Shown here piece by piece: positions 1 through 11,200 of a stretch of 64,000 bases of DNA. Origin of the DNA: Octopus vulgaris (lineage: Eukaryota); NCBI GenBank assembly GCA_951406725.2, contig OX597825.1:75640001-75704000 (forward strand), given 5' to 3'. How positions within the stretch are numbered: the stretch's first letter is position 1; each line of letters opens with the position of its first letter. The notes below the pieces were generated by a model that worked only from the letters and a program-made list of their open reading frames with translations, was not told where the DNA came from and did not search any database. Position numbers and translations under genes: made by a program.

Positions 1-68
1 TATATAGTTATTCATTTCTATTTGTTTATTTATCTGTGTATTTATTATGTTTTTGGTATCCTCTATCG

Positions 69-959
69 TCATATGTTGTGGTGTGTGCTATTGCTCCATT
101 CTAGTTTTCTATTCAGGCTAGGTTTATTTTCTATTATATGTGTAGCCTCTGTAATTTGTCTAATTGTTGCATCTGCTCTATGTGTGGACAATTTCTTAAT
201 CTCTATGTTATTGATTGATCCCCCGTGTTCCTGTTCGGCGTGTTGGTACAGAATCGATGAGCTTTTACCTTCCTTGAGTTGTCTCCAATGTACATTCACC
301 CGCTTTCCTATGCTTCTTGCCGTTTCCCCTACGTATGTTATTGTCTTGTTACTGCATCATCCCTCTATACATCTTATACTATAGACTACATTTCTGGCTT
401 TACAGTTTGTTTGTGGGCTAAATCTACATACAGTGCAATAGTTATCCGTACAGGGGGTTCTACTAAAAGGATAGGTTCTACCAATTATAGATTTGATAGG
501 GTTGCCTGGCTTTTCAACAACCTTAATTCTTAGTTTAAGTTTATCTAGGGTCCTTCTAAAGCGGTACGCCAGTTCACCTCCAGGGGTGGTGTCAACGAAC
601 ATGACACTCTGGTATTTATGGCTATCATACCAAGTGTTGGCCTTCCCTATTTTCTTTTTTGTCCTTTCTATAGTGTTCCATGACTTGTTCCTATAGAGTG
701 GGCAAATCCCATTCCTATCATTACATAATATATTATCAAATTTCTTCATGGCTCCTTTGTATACTCTGATCCTTTCTTTATGGCTGTAACCTGAGAACTG
801 CATGCGGTGAATGAAATACTGTATGTGTCTCTTTAATTCTGTAGGCTCGCACATGCGTGACACATTTCTCATTATTCTGACGAGGTCTGCCATCAAAATA
901 TTGAATTTGGCATTGCCCGCAATGGCTGAGTTCCGGTGGATCAGGTATTTTGAGGCCAT
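69..959 (-). pseudogene. Penelope thumb/linker plus GIY-YIG endonuclease, interrupted by in-frame TGA at 357-359
   Basis: CTDNYCTVC..C Cys motif, then [34 protein letters not shown] and the C-terminal RQITEA..I...PSLNRK.EW. Confidence 0.88.
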
Positions 960-3403
960 AGGTTTGGCATAGTAAGGATTTGGGTTTTATTTTTCACAAT
1001 TTCTAGCCAGAGTTCAGTGTCTAGTACTGGTAGTCTATGGTTGGGGTGTTTAGTGGGGTAGTCTATTGTGACCTTAATACTCTGGTGGATGGAGTTAGCT
1101 ATTTGCTGGATGCTCTCCATAGTGTTAGTTTCTATTACTATATCAACATTACTCTCTTGTGGGGGTGCCTTTACCACTATGTTGATATCATCAACATAGC
1201 GAGAGTACATGTTTACGAGTATGGATTTTTGCAGTAGGCGTTCTTTAAGCCTTCTGTTCCACCATACCATGAAAAGGTTGGCCACATCACCAGCGATACT
1301 AACACCGATGGCTGCCCCCTCGTCCTGGGCATATACTTTATTATTAAATTTAAACGTGTGGCCTTTTAGGGTAACTCTTATACTAGCTCCTAGTGCATGT
1401 GCGATCATTTTCTTTACCTGATGGACATTTGCGGGGCTCCATATGGCTCTGGTCCATCCGCGCCATCTTTCTATATGAGTCTTCCTAGCCATAGAAGTAA
1501 TTGTAGGCAGTCTACCTCTTAAACATCTACTGGGGCAGAAACTACTATGATTATGTTTATCTAAGTATTCATTATTACATGTCAGTCTAAGTAGGAGGCC
1601 CAGTTCTTCTGTGTTGACATTACAGAACTCCACCTGGCTCTCGTTGATCATCTCCATGCACTTCTCCACTGCAAAATCTACGTCAATCGATGGGTATAGG
1701 GATACCACATCCATGCTACCTACTATACATCCTGTCAAGTCACAAGTTTTGTTACAGTCACTGATCCTGCTTAGGAGATCTTCTGTGCTGTCACACACAT
1801 CAGGTGACATCCTGATTATAGGGCGTATGATCATTGAGAGGAAGTAGGAGATTCTGTAATTGCTAGCGATATTCGCTCCACAGACTGGTCTTGTTGGTGG
1901 TCCTGCTATAGGGTCAGTAAAAACTTTATGGTCCTTGCGAAGTCCATACAGTGCCGGGATATCATTGTTCCAGGCTTGGAAATTATTCGCAGTACGTTTC
2001 TGGGGTCCCAGAACAATTGTCCACATCATCATGTGGGCATTGAGGACCTTTTCCCTCTCCTCATGCGCCTGTACAGTTGTTATTTTTGTATTGGCGATAT
2101 GAGGTTGCATTGCCTGGATGTAGTTTGGTAAGCTGTCTATTGACATCCTGCCGGACTTATCTGTGGGAAGGCATATCACCTCTCTGTTCCTCGTGCGCTG
2201 AATGAGCTTCTGTAGGCCACATGCAGGTTTAATCCTGAGTTGTTGGGCATCTGTCTTATTCTGTCTCTGTCTCTTAATGTATAATCCTAAAATCTGTCTA
2301 AGTTTGGTCCTAGCTATAGTGAACTGTGCTTCCATATGGTCATTAGTACGTCTTGGGATGTATACTCTTTTGTTGAAGGGTAATGTTGTTGGATAAATCC
2401 GGTTCATGCAGTAAGTTTTGTCACATACGTTGAAGAATTGAGTGTCAAAGGGATGGGTATACATGTCAATGGTCTTTCTAGGGTTATCTTCATTATCGTT
2501 ACTGTTTCCAACATCAGCCTTCCTATTATTATTATCACCATTACCACTACTACTAGTATTCCTATTACCACCACAACTATCACTACTATCCTCATTACTA
2601 CTTCTACTGTTACCATCACCACTACTACTACCACTATTATTGTTATTACCTTTATTCCTACCATTGCCATTATTACTATCATCGCTAGTGATATTTTCAT
2701 TGTTCCTGTTTCTGGTATATGTGTTGTTTATATTAGTGTTGGGTTTTATGTCTGTCTGTTGGTCCCTGTCATTCCCCCTGTTGTGGTTGTTATTTTTGCT
2801 CCTATGAGTATTGTTATCTGTTTCAAGTCTGCTGACTCCCTGTCCAAGGATTCTGTTGTATTCAACTTTATTCTCCATCGTGACCCCCATGACACAACTT
2901 TTATTCGTGTCTTTGTGACAATGGTTATCTGTGTGTGTGTTTGTGTGTCGGTTCTCCCTATAATTGTTGTTGTTGTTGCTGTTGTATACGATTTTTTTTT
3001 CTCTGTTTGTGTTTTTGTTTTTGTATCTATTGCTTGTGTCTATGCATTCATTTTTTCTATTTTTGTTGTTGTTGCCGCTGTTAGGGTTCGTGTTGCTTTT
3101 GTTGCTACGGTTGTTATTGCTGCGGTCATTATTGTTTGTGTTGTTGTTGCTGCGGTTAGTGTTTTTCGCGTTGGTGTTGTTGTCGTAAGTGTTGTTTTCA
3201 TTGTATCTATTTAAATTCCAACGTAGTTTTGTGAACGACTTTTCAATCGCGGACAGGCATTTGATGGTATTCACCTTACTATACACTGCATACTTTGGTG
3301 GTAGTTGAAGTATCGATATTTCATCTGGGTCCGTTGTTACTCCCCCATAGATGTTCGCTTCATTGTCTTTATTGAACTCTTCTGGTAGTAGCACATCTTC
3401 CAT
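941..3403 (-). CDS. Penelope-like reverse transcriptase with Asn-rich insert; frameshifted from its C-terminal part
   Basis: 820-aa ORF with DVVSLYPSI and RYVDD. The frame stays open up to the inversion junction at ~3450. A frameshift near 970 moves the continuation YAKPMASKY into another frame. Confidence 0.9.
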   Translation of the reverse strand: MEDVLLPEEFNKDNEANIYGGVTTDPDEISILQLPPKYAVYSKVNTIKCLSAIEKSFTKLRWNLNRYNENNTYDNNTNAKNTNRSNNNTNNNDRSNNNRSNKSNTNPNSGNNNKNRKNECIDTSNRYKNKNTNREKKIVYNSNNNNNYRENRHTNTHTDNHCHKDTNKSCVMGVTMENKVEYNRILGQGVSRLETDNNTHRSKNNNHNRGNDRDQQTDIKPNTNINNTYTRNRNNENITSDDSNNGNGRNKGNNNNSGSSSGDGNSRSSNEDSSDSCGGNRNTSSSGNGDNNNRKADVGNSNDNEDNPRKTIDMYTHPFDTQFFNVCDKTYCMNRIYPTTLPFNKRVYIPRRTNDHMEAQFTIARTKLRQILGLYIKRQRQNKTDAQQLRIKPACGLQKLIQRTRNREVICLPTDKSGRMSIDSLPNYIQAMQPHIANTKITTVQAHEEREKVLNAHMMMWTIVLGPQKRTANNFQAWNNDIPALYGLRKDHKVFTDPIAGPPTRPVCGANIASNYRISYFLSMIIRPIIRMSPDVCDSTEDLLSRISDCNKTCDLTGCIVGSMDVVSLYPSIDVDFAVEKCMEMINESQVEFCNVNTEELGLLLRLTCNNEYLDKHNHSSFCPSRCLRGRLPTITSMARKTHIERWRGWTRAIWSPANVHQVKKMIAHALGASIRVTLKGHTFKFNNKVYAQDEGAAIGVSIAGDVANLFMVWWNRRLKERLLQKSILVNMYSRYVDDINIVVKAPPQESNVDIVIETNTMESIQQIANSIHQSIKVTIDYPTKHPNHRLPVLDTELWLEIVKNKTQILTMPNLWPQNT

Positions 3404-3450
3404 AATAATTCCATTTATTGTATCTGGATACTTCTGCTTTTCTTCCTTTG

Positions 3451-4263
3451 CGTCAGAATAATGAGAAATGTGTCACGCATGTGCGAGCCTACAGAATTAA
3501 AGAGACACATACAGTATTTCATTCACCGCATGCAGTTCTCAGGTTACAGCCATAAAGAAAGGATCAGAGTATACAAAGGAGCCATGAAGAAATTTGATAA
3601 TATATTATGTAATGATAGGAATGGGATTTGCCCACTCTATAGGAACAAGTCATGGAACACTATAGAAAGGACAAAAAAGAAAATAGGGAAGGCCAACACT
3701 TGGTATGATAGCCATAAATACCAGAGTGTCATGTTCGTTGACACCACCCCTGGAGGTGAACTGGCGTACCGCTTTAGAAGGACCCTAGATAAACTTAAAC
3801 TAAGAATTAAGGTTGTTGAAAAGCCAGGCAACCCTATCAAATCTATAATTGGTAGAACCTATCCTTTTAGTAGAACCCCTGTACGGATAACTATTGCACT
3901 ATTTGTAGATTTAGCCCACAAACAAACTGTAAAGCCAGAAATGTAGTCTATAGTATAAGATGTATAGAGGGACGATGCAGTAACAAGACAATAACATACG
4001 TAGGGGAAACGGCAAGAAGCATAGGAGAGCGGGTGAATGTACATTGGAGACAACTCAAGGAAGGTAAAAGCTCATCGATTCTGTACCAACACGCCGAACA
4101 GGAACACGGGGGATCAATCAATAACATAGAGATTAAGATATTGTCCACACATAGAGCAGATGCAACAATTAGACAAATTACAGAGGCTACACATATAATA
4201 GAAAATAAACCTAGCCTGAATAGAAAACTAGAATGGAGCAATAGCACACACCACAACATATGA
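3451..4263 (+). pseudogene. Inverted copy of Penelope C-terminal/GIY-YIG coding region, frameshifted at ~3877
   Basis: Same protein as 69-882. Has CGA where the other arm has TGA, but lacks one C in the ACCCCC run. Confidence 0.88.
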
Positions 4264-4324
4264 CGATAGAGGATACCAAAAACATAATAAATACACAGAT
4301 TAATAAACAAATAGAAATGAATAA

Positions 4325-4377
4325 CTATATATATGTATATGTATCTATGTATATATGTATGTATGTGTATGTATATG

Positions 4378-4418
<41 letters not shown>

Positions 4419-4457
4419 CTATGTATATATGTATGTATATGTATGTATATATGTGTA

Positions 4458-4494
<37 letters not shown>

Positions 4495-4528
4495 GTGTAT
4501 ATATATGTGTATATATATGTGTATATAT
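4325..4528. repeat. (TA)n/(TATG)n microsatellite inside the Penelope 3' UTR
   Basis: Visible simple repeat; also present in the other arms at 30398-30590 and from 34910. Confidence 0.95.
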
Positions 4529-4877
4529 TTTTTTTTCGATTAGATTTTCTTTTTTTTTTTTCGATTAGATTTATTTTTATTATTACTAATATTGTTGTTA
4601 TACATACATACAAGCATATGTAATGATAATATTGGGTGGATGTAAACACATGAACAAAATTAGAACAAAAGCAACAACAACAAAAACAAAATACAAATTA
4701 CATGAATGTATATAAACAGAAGATACAAATATTACAGGCATCCCCCCCACACACACACTAAAATAAACATAGACGCACATAGAGATATAAGCATGCGCAA
4801 ATGAAGACATACAATAGAAATACAAAATGGCTGACGGTTAGTAAGGAGAGACACAAATACAAAAGAAGAAAACAAAG

Positions 4878-4921
4878 GACCACTGATGCGGTCACAGGAG
4901 TGTGACGAAAGAACTCTGGTC
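4878..4921 (+). ncRNA. Minimal hammerhead-like motif (non-canonical core) in the Penelope 3' UTR
   Basis: GACCA-CTGATGCG-GTCACA(GGAG)TGTGAC-GAAA-GAAC-TC-TGGTC: 5-bp stem I, 6-bp stem II, vestigial stem III. Confidence 0.65.
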
Positions 4922-5329
4922 GAAATAAGATTAAGATTAATGTAAAAAATAAATATCACTGAAGCAAAATAACACCAAATATATAGTGTGTGTGTTTTTA
5001 TTGGCTAAACTGGCAATATGACCATTCCGAAATATAACAATATCTGTTTCAACACACGACTTCACATAAAAAATCTTGCACAACAAATATTTAAGCATAA
5101 TTTAGTGTCTTACAAAATCACACACACGCACACACACACACAAGATAGAGGACATAGTTTTTGAATTTATATTCCAAGCATAAATTGGCTGTTGAAATGG
5201 ATGAAATATTGATCATAACACCTGATTCATAAAGGCAAAAACTGACAGTCTATCAATGTAAACATTTTCTGTTAATTTAAATATATAATAAAACTAATCT
5301 GCTTAAAATTTTCTTTTATAATCTTTCAG

Positions 5330-5423
5330 ATTGTCATGACAAGAATACTTACTGGTGAAGAATATGGTTGTGCTAACATAGACAAGACAAATTCTCCTGA
5401 ATATTCTTGTAAACTCCTGAACA
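5330..5423 (+). CDS. Candidate internal exon of an unidentified host gene (IVMTRILTGEEYGCANIDKTNSPEYSCKLLN)
   Basis: CTAAT branch-like site, pyrimidine tract and TTTCAG acceptor; 94 nt open in phase 0; GTAAGA donor; lies in non-repetitive sequence. Confidence 0.6.
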
Positions 5424-5967
5424 GTAAGATTTCATTTAACAACTAAACCAAATTCATGTAGTCTCTCTAATGGGTACAGCTATTACAAGGAGAAAATCAT
5501 TTTGTAATAATTCAAAGCAGGCTTAGAAATTTGAAATTGAAATTAATGAAACTAAAAGAAATAGATGCATAGAATTCATGTTTACTGTTTTGTTTACTTG
5601 ATACAAATTTCTTAAAATTTTGAGTCATTTGGTAATCATGGATAGACTGTTTCGTTCCTTTGATAAATAATCTGTATGACATGATGCCACATGAAGAACT
5701 TGTGTGGGATTTTGTGTTAGTTTCTGTGTAATCAATGAAAATAGTGAAGAAATAAAAGGGATCTTTTGTATGACTTTTCATAAATTAACACTTCAAATTA
5801 GAGGTTGAGAATCTTGCTAGTATTAGGGGTGAATTGTAAGTGCATGTGAACCTGTAGATCACATCTCTGCTGTAAAACTAAAAAGAAGCAATGAATGTTA
5901 AATTTTTTAAATTCATAAGTATATATCTTAAATCACTGAATGGTCTTAGAGTGTATGTATATTTATA

Positions 5968-7267
5968 TGATTTGATTTAATTTGATTTAATCTAGTTTCA
6001 GCTCATGAGCTGTGGCCATGCTTGGGGCACTACCATTTGGTGTTGCTACATAGTTACTTCACCAATGATTTTTAGGAATTGACTTTTGGTGCATGAGGGA
6101 GTTTGATGCTGCTGCCCTCATCTGCACCTCCTGCTGCAAAGTTGGCTAATCTGGGATACTTGACAGTAAGAGGTCTAGCTTTATTTTGAAGACACCTACA
6201 TACACCCCATGCAGGTCTCTCAGGTCCTTTAGGAGGATTTTGAAGAGCTGTGGTCCTCTGAAGCCCAGGCTCTTGCAATATCTTGTCCTATATCTTGATG
6301 GCAAATTTGGAGTCCTTGGCACTATGCAGTGGTGCCCAGTTCTAGTATTTGTGTAACTCACCATGCCAAATTTTGGGACAAGTCCCTCTAGGATCTTCCA
6401 GATGTATATGCTGGCATATCTTTCTCGCTTATGCTCTAAGGAATAGAGTCTCTTGAGTCTTTCCAGTAGCTTATATGCTGCATAGAGTCTCTCTTCATGT
6501 AGCTTCATTGGATTGCCTCAAGTTCTGAGATTAATTTGGCACTGGTTGGTGACCATAGCTGAGAGCAATAGTCAAAGTGACTTAGGACAAGTGTCTTCCA
6601 GAAGACTATCATGATTTCCTGATCTCTTGTTCTACAAGTTCTAAGAATCCATCCGGTCAACTGCCTGCATTTCATTGTCAATTTAGCAGCATGCACATGG
6701 AAGAAAGCATCATTACTCATGTAAATATCCAGGTCTCGCATTGACTGTGCCTCTGGGATTGCAATCCCTCCAGGTCCAGTGTATTTAATGGGTATTGCAT
6801 TTAGTTTTGCATGTTGATAGCACAAAGCTTGAAACTTTTCAGCATTAAACTGCATGCTATTCTTTTCAGCCCACTTGTATATTTCATCCTGCTCACATTG
6901 CAGGTGCATAGTGTCTTCAAGGTTCTGTATCACTTGTGAAACTTTTGTATCATCTGCATAACTTGTGATCGTGGCTCTCTGTGTGGCTGAGGGTATGTCT
7001 GAGAGGGCCATTACGAACAGTAGTGATCCCAAACGGTGCCTTGCGAAACACAGCTCACTATTTGCATGTTTTTGGAGGTGGCCCCATTGGCTATTACCAC
7101 CTGACTTCTATCCTTCAGAAAGTCATAAAGCCATTCTCCCAATTTTGCAGGTGGTTTCCACCCTGTTTCATGTTTGTGTGGCGAGGTCTTTGGTGTGCAA
7201 AATGGCAGCTTGCACCTCCCTCTCCATGCCAGCAGTCACCTTTAAGTAGAATTTGCACGTTCGTGTG
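5968..7267 (-). mobile_element. Internally deleted, degenerate copy of the CCCH-finger LINE family
   Basis: SYADDTK RT C-terminal ORFs (6146-7032) match 54763-55899, and the 3' end is the same (GCCCCAAGCATGGCCACAGC..GCTGAAAC). The CCCH segment is joined directly to the RT at ~7150. Confidence 0.88.
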
Positions 7268-7269
7268 TA

Positions 7270-8520
7270 GCGAACCAGATGGCTGCACCAGGCTCCAATC
7301 TTGATCTGGCAGAGTTTCTACAGCTGGATGCCCTTCTTAACGCCAACCACTCTGAGAGTGTAGTGGATACTTTTACGTGCCACCGGCATGAGGGCCAGTC
7401 AAGCAGTACAGGCAACAGCCATGCTCAAATGGTGTTTTACATGTCACCTGCACAGGAGCCAGTCCAGTGGCACTGGCAACATCCTTGTTCGAATGTTGTT
7501 TTTCATGTACCACCGGCACAATTGCCAGTATGGCGATGCTGGTAACGATCACACTTGAATTGTGCTTTTTACATGTCACCAGCATGGGGGCAAGTCAGCG
7601 GCCATGCCAACGATCATGTTTGGATGGTGCTCTAAGTGCTCCACTAGCACGGATGCCAGTCATGCAGTGCTGTCATTGGAATTGATTTCGATTTCACTTG
7701 CGTCAACAGGTCTTCGCAGGCAGAGTTTAGTGTCCAATGAAAGAAAGGTATGCCTAAGTGGGCTGGTTACACCACTTGCATAGACCACGGGTTATGGTCT
7801 CACTTGGCTTGTTGGGTCTTCTCAAGCACAGCACAATTCCAAAGGTCTCAGTCACCAGTCATTGCCTTGGTGAGGCCCAATGTTCGAAGGTCTTGCTTCA
7901 CCACCCCATCCCAGATTTTCCTGGGTCCACCTCTTCCACAGTTTCCTCAACCACTAGGGTGTGAACTTCTTCACACAGCTATCCTCATCCATTCACACCG
8001 CTCTACCATACCAGTGCAGTCGTCTCACTTGCACACCACATCTGATGCCTCCTAGGTCCAACCCTTTTCCCAAAGCTCCCACACTCTGTCGAGTATGCAC
8101 ACTGACATTACACATCCAGTGGAGAACACTGGTGTCATTCCTTGCAAGCCTACGCATGCCCTCGGCAGTCACAGCCTATGTTTCACTGACATGCAGCATG
8201 GCTGCTCACACATGTGTCACACAGTCTACCCTTCACTCTGAGCGAGAGACACCTTGTCACCAGCAGAGGCATGAGCTCTCCGAACCTTGCCCAGGCTATT
8301 CTTATTCTAGCAGCCACACTTTCAGAGCACCCACCCCCCGCCACCAACTTGGTCACCCAGGTAATGGAAGCCATCAACTACTTCTAGGTTTTCTCCTTGG
8401 AATGTGGCAGGAGTTGTTCTCTGCACATTTTCAGTGTTTATTGCTCCTGAGCATCTTCCACAGCTTAAACCAGTGACTCCCAGTCTGGAATTCACAGATT
8501 CCTGGGTGTCTGTGAAGGTA
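7270..8520 (-). mobile_element. RTE-clade LINE 3' fragment
   Basis: GGGCSESVAARIRIAWARFGELMPLL..LRVKGRL peptide is typical of the RTE ORF C-terminus; the 3' UTR matches 28330-29560 and 59450-59990. Confidence 0.8.
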
Positions 8521-9326
8521 ATACTGGGAATCTATATGATGAGTCCAAAATGTATATATCTGAAACTTTATACACATCATGTATAAGATCAACTTTGGCA
8601 AAGTCACATCACACAACAAAAGTGTGATGTGACCTTGTGTGTGAGTTTGATTCTGAACTTTAATAATCATATTAGCACAAGGATCAATGGTATAACAACC
8701 ATTGAAACTGTTGCTATGAATACTCTATATTGTGATTATGGTATAGGACTATTCATCATGAGCGTGCTCAATGAGAAACTATGATTACCAGTGACATTAA
8801 TGCAAAGGGCCACAAGAGAATAAGATATAATAAGATATGACCAACATTAAATTAAAGATCATATTTGATTACAACAATATTCAGTGGATTGACACCTAAT
8901 GGGTTCATGTTGATTTCTAAGATGAAATATTGATATATCTTAAACTGAATCCACAAAATATTTCATGTTTGGAAACTTCACAGCAATGTCAACATGGAGC
9001 CCTAGTTTAAGACAGGTATCTAAAGGGAAACTACCAATAATATTTACTGATGATGGTGGGTGAAAGCAGAATGTCCCTTCAACTGTGGAGGGCTTCTATA
9101 CCAAAGGAACTGAAAGACCACATTTCTGAACCCATTCTTGATCATTTTATATATTTTTATATATATCTATACATATAAATTTGACATGGGTGATTCTTTC
9201 TTGTCTTGGTATTCATGGTCAAACAGCTGAGTGGAATTGCATGAAAAATTACACCGATGTGTAGAATGATCCGGTGGTGTTGCTGGGCTTTGTATTTTTT
9301 CATAGCTCCCATGGTTATCGAGATAA

Positions 9327-9770
9327 TCTACTATAATAATACTCTTGTGTTTACGAATGAGAAAGGAAGGGGTAATAGATGAATAACGAAGGAAGGGGTG
9401 ATGTCATACTTGGTAGTGGGATGATGAAAATTGTACGCTAAAAAACTAAATCAAACAGCGTTTCAGCTCTGTGAATATATGTGTGTGTATGTAAAAGGAT
9501 GGGGTATGTGAATGTGTGTGTGTGCACGCGCAATGGAAGTGGGATGGTTCATCTTTGTTCGCTTAGTATTGGGTTTATTTTTTGATTTGGTTGAATCTTG
9601 ATTGGATTATCCTTTTGTTTGCCAGTTATTTTTAGTGTTTTGACAGAGAAAAGTCATTCTAAAATTGTTTTTTAATTTAAGCATGTCCAAACAAGTCAAA
9701 TGCTTACACAGAACAGGTTTTATAGCCACATCATCCAAACCAACTGGGTGAAACTGGGCTTAGCTGCTAG
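9327..9770 (+). mobile_element. Non-autonomous Helitron-like element (old)
   Basis: A|TCTACTATAATAATA 5' end; degenerate subterminal hairpin CTGGGTGAAACTGGG followed by CTAG|T. Second copy at 40496-40937. Confidence 0.55.
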
Positions 9771-10013
9771 TATATATATATATATATATATATAATAGAA
9801 ATATTAAAATTACTAAGTCTCTCTAAAAGAGAACAACGGCAGCGTTCCCGGAAAATATTAGTTATCGCCATACTAATATGGCATTCTTATAAAAATAAGA
9901 AAAAAGCTGACCGCTTATTAGCTCCATGAGGCCATCGCCTTAAGTTAGCTATTTGATACACAAACTGTATCCATATAACCTTTGAACAAGGGAGGTCAGT
10001 CGCTCCACACTAC

Positions 10014-10074
10014 TTGGCCGGCAGCTACAGACGCGTTTCGGGGTATTGCCCCCTTTTCAATGCAGCGTAGCCAA
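10014..10074 (-). ncRNA. Type I hammerhead ribozyme, unit 1 (one extra G in the stem II G-run)
   Basis: Minus strand reads TTGGC-TAC-GCTGCA-TTGAAAA-GGGGG-CAATA-CCCC-GAAA-CGCG-TC/TGTAGC-TGCCG-GCCAA. Confidence 0.82.
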
Positions 10075-10377
10075 ACCAGTAGGTGTCGCTTCCGACAATC
10101 TCTGTTCAAAGGTTTTATTTACCTAGCTTCGGTGGAATACATCCACTTGTTTTCAATAATAGAAATATTAAAATTACTAAGTCTCTCTAAAAGAGAACAA
10201 CGGCAGCGTTCCCGGAAAATATTAGTTATCGCCATACTAATATGGCATTCTTATAAAAATAAGAAAAAAGCTGACCGCTTATTAGCTCCATGAGGCCATC
10301 GCCTTAAGTTAGCTATTTGATACACAAACTGTATCCATATAACCTTTGAACAAGGGAGGTCAGTCGCTCCACACTAC

Positions 10378-10437
10378 TTGGCCGGCAGCTACAGACGCGT
10401 TTCGGGGTATTGCCCCTTTTCAATGCAGCGTAGCCAA
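10378..10437 (-). ncRNA. Type I hammerhead ribozyme, unit 2
   Basis: Stem I GCTGCA/TGTAGC, core UUGAAAA (U3-A8), stem II GGGG-CAAUA-CCCC, GAAA, palindromic CGCG, GUC cleavage triplet. Confidence 0.87.
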
Positions 10438-10740
10438 ACCAGTAGGTGTCGCTTCCGACAATCTCTGTTCAAAGGTTTTATTTACCTAGCTTCGGTGGAA
10501 TACATCCACTTGTTTTCAATAATAGAAATATTAAAATTACTAAGTCTCTCTAAAAGAGAACAACGGCAGCGTTCCCGGAAAATATTAGTTATCGCCATAC
10601 TAATATGGCATTCTTATAAAAATAAGAAAAAAGCTGACCGCTTATTAGCTCCATGAGGCCATCGCCTTAAGTTAGCTATTTGATACACAAACTGTATCCA
10701 TATAACCTTTGAACAAGGGAGGTCAGTCGCTCCACACTAC

Positions 10741-10800
10741 TTGGCCGGCAGCTACAGACGCGTTTCGGGGTATTGCCCCTTTTCAATGCAGCGTAGCCAA
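10741..10800 (-). ncRNA. Type I hammerhead ribozyme, unit 3
   Basis: Identical to unit 2. Confidence 0.87.
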
Positions 10801-11200
10801 ACCAGTAGGTGTCGCTTCCGACAATCTCTGTTCAAAGGTTTTATTTACCTAGCTTCGGTGGAATACATCCACTTGTTTTCAATAATAGAAATATTAAAAT
10901 TACTAAGTCTCTCTAAAAGAGAACAACGGCAGCGTTCCCGGAAAATATTAGTTATCGCCATACTAATATGGCATTCTTATAAAAATAAGAAAAAAGCTGA
11001 CCGCTTATTAGCTCCATGAGGCCATCGCCTTAAGTTAGCTATTTGATACACAAACTGTATCCATATAACCTTGTTCAAAGGTTATATGGATACAGTTTGT
11101 GTATCAAATAGCTAACTTAAGGCGATGGCCTCATGGAGCTAATAAGCGGTCAGCTTTTTTTCTTATTTTTATAAGAATGCCATATTAGTATGGCGATAAC

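Larger units (their letters stand above)
1..5040 (-). mobile_element. Penelope-like retroelement, 5'-truncated, with an inverted copy of its 3' region (3451-5040); left end lies outside the window
   Basis: RT motifs (LYGLRKDHK, TRPVC, SMDVVSLYPSI, GAAIG, SRYVDD) followed by a Cys-rich linker and a GIY-YIG endonuclease (VVYSIRC...YVGET.R...H). Sequence from 3451 is the reverse complement of sequence from 882 leftwards. Confidence 0.93.

Noticed and set aside
357-359. In-frame TGA in the Penelope GIY-YIG region read as selenocysteine or readthrough
   Set aside because: The inverted arm has CGA (Arg) at this codon, so CpG decay explains it; the position is not a Cys.
2404-3214. Hydrophobic poly-L/V/I/T ORFs overlapping the Asn-rich insert (and those overlapping the polyQ at 15180-15944)
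   Set aside because: They are alternative-frame or antisense readings of trinucleotide-rich coding sequence.
9040-9082. CTGATGA...GAAA hammerhead-like core
   Set aside because: No convincing stem I or stem II pairing.
9982-11019. Repeated 92-103-aa + strand ORFs in the 363-bp array
   Set aside because: They start at TTG, have no recognisable domain, change frame between units, and are antisense to the ribozyme.
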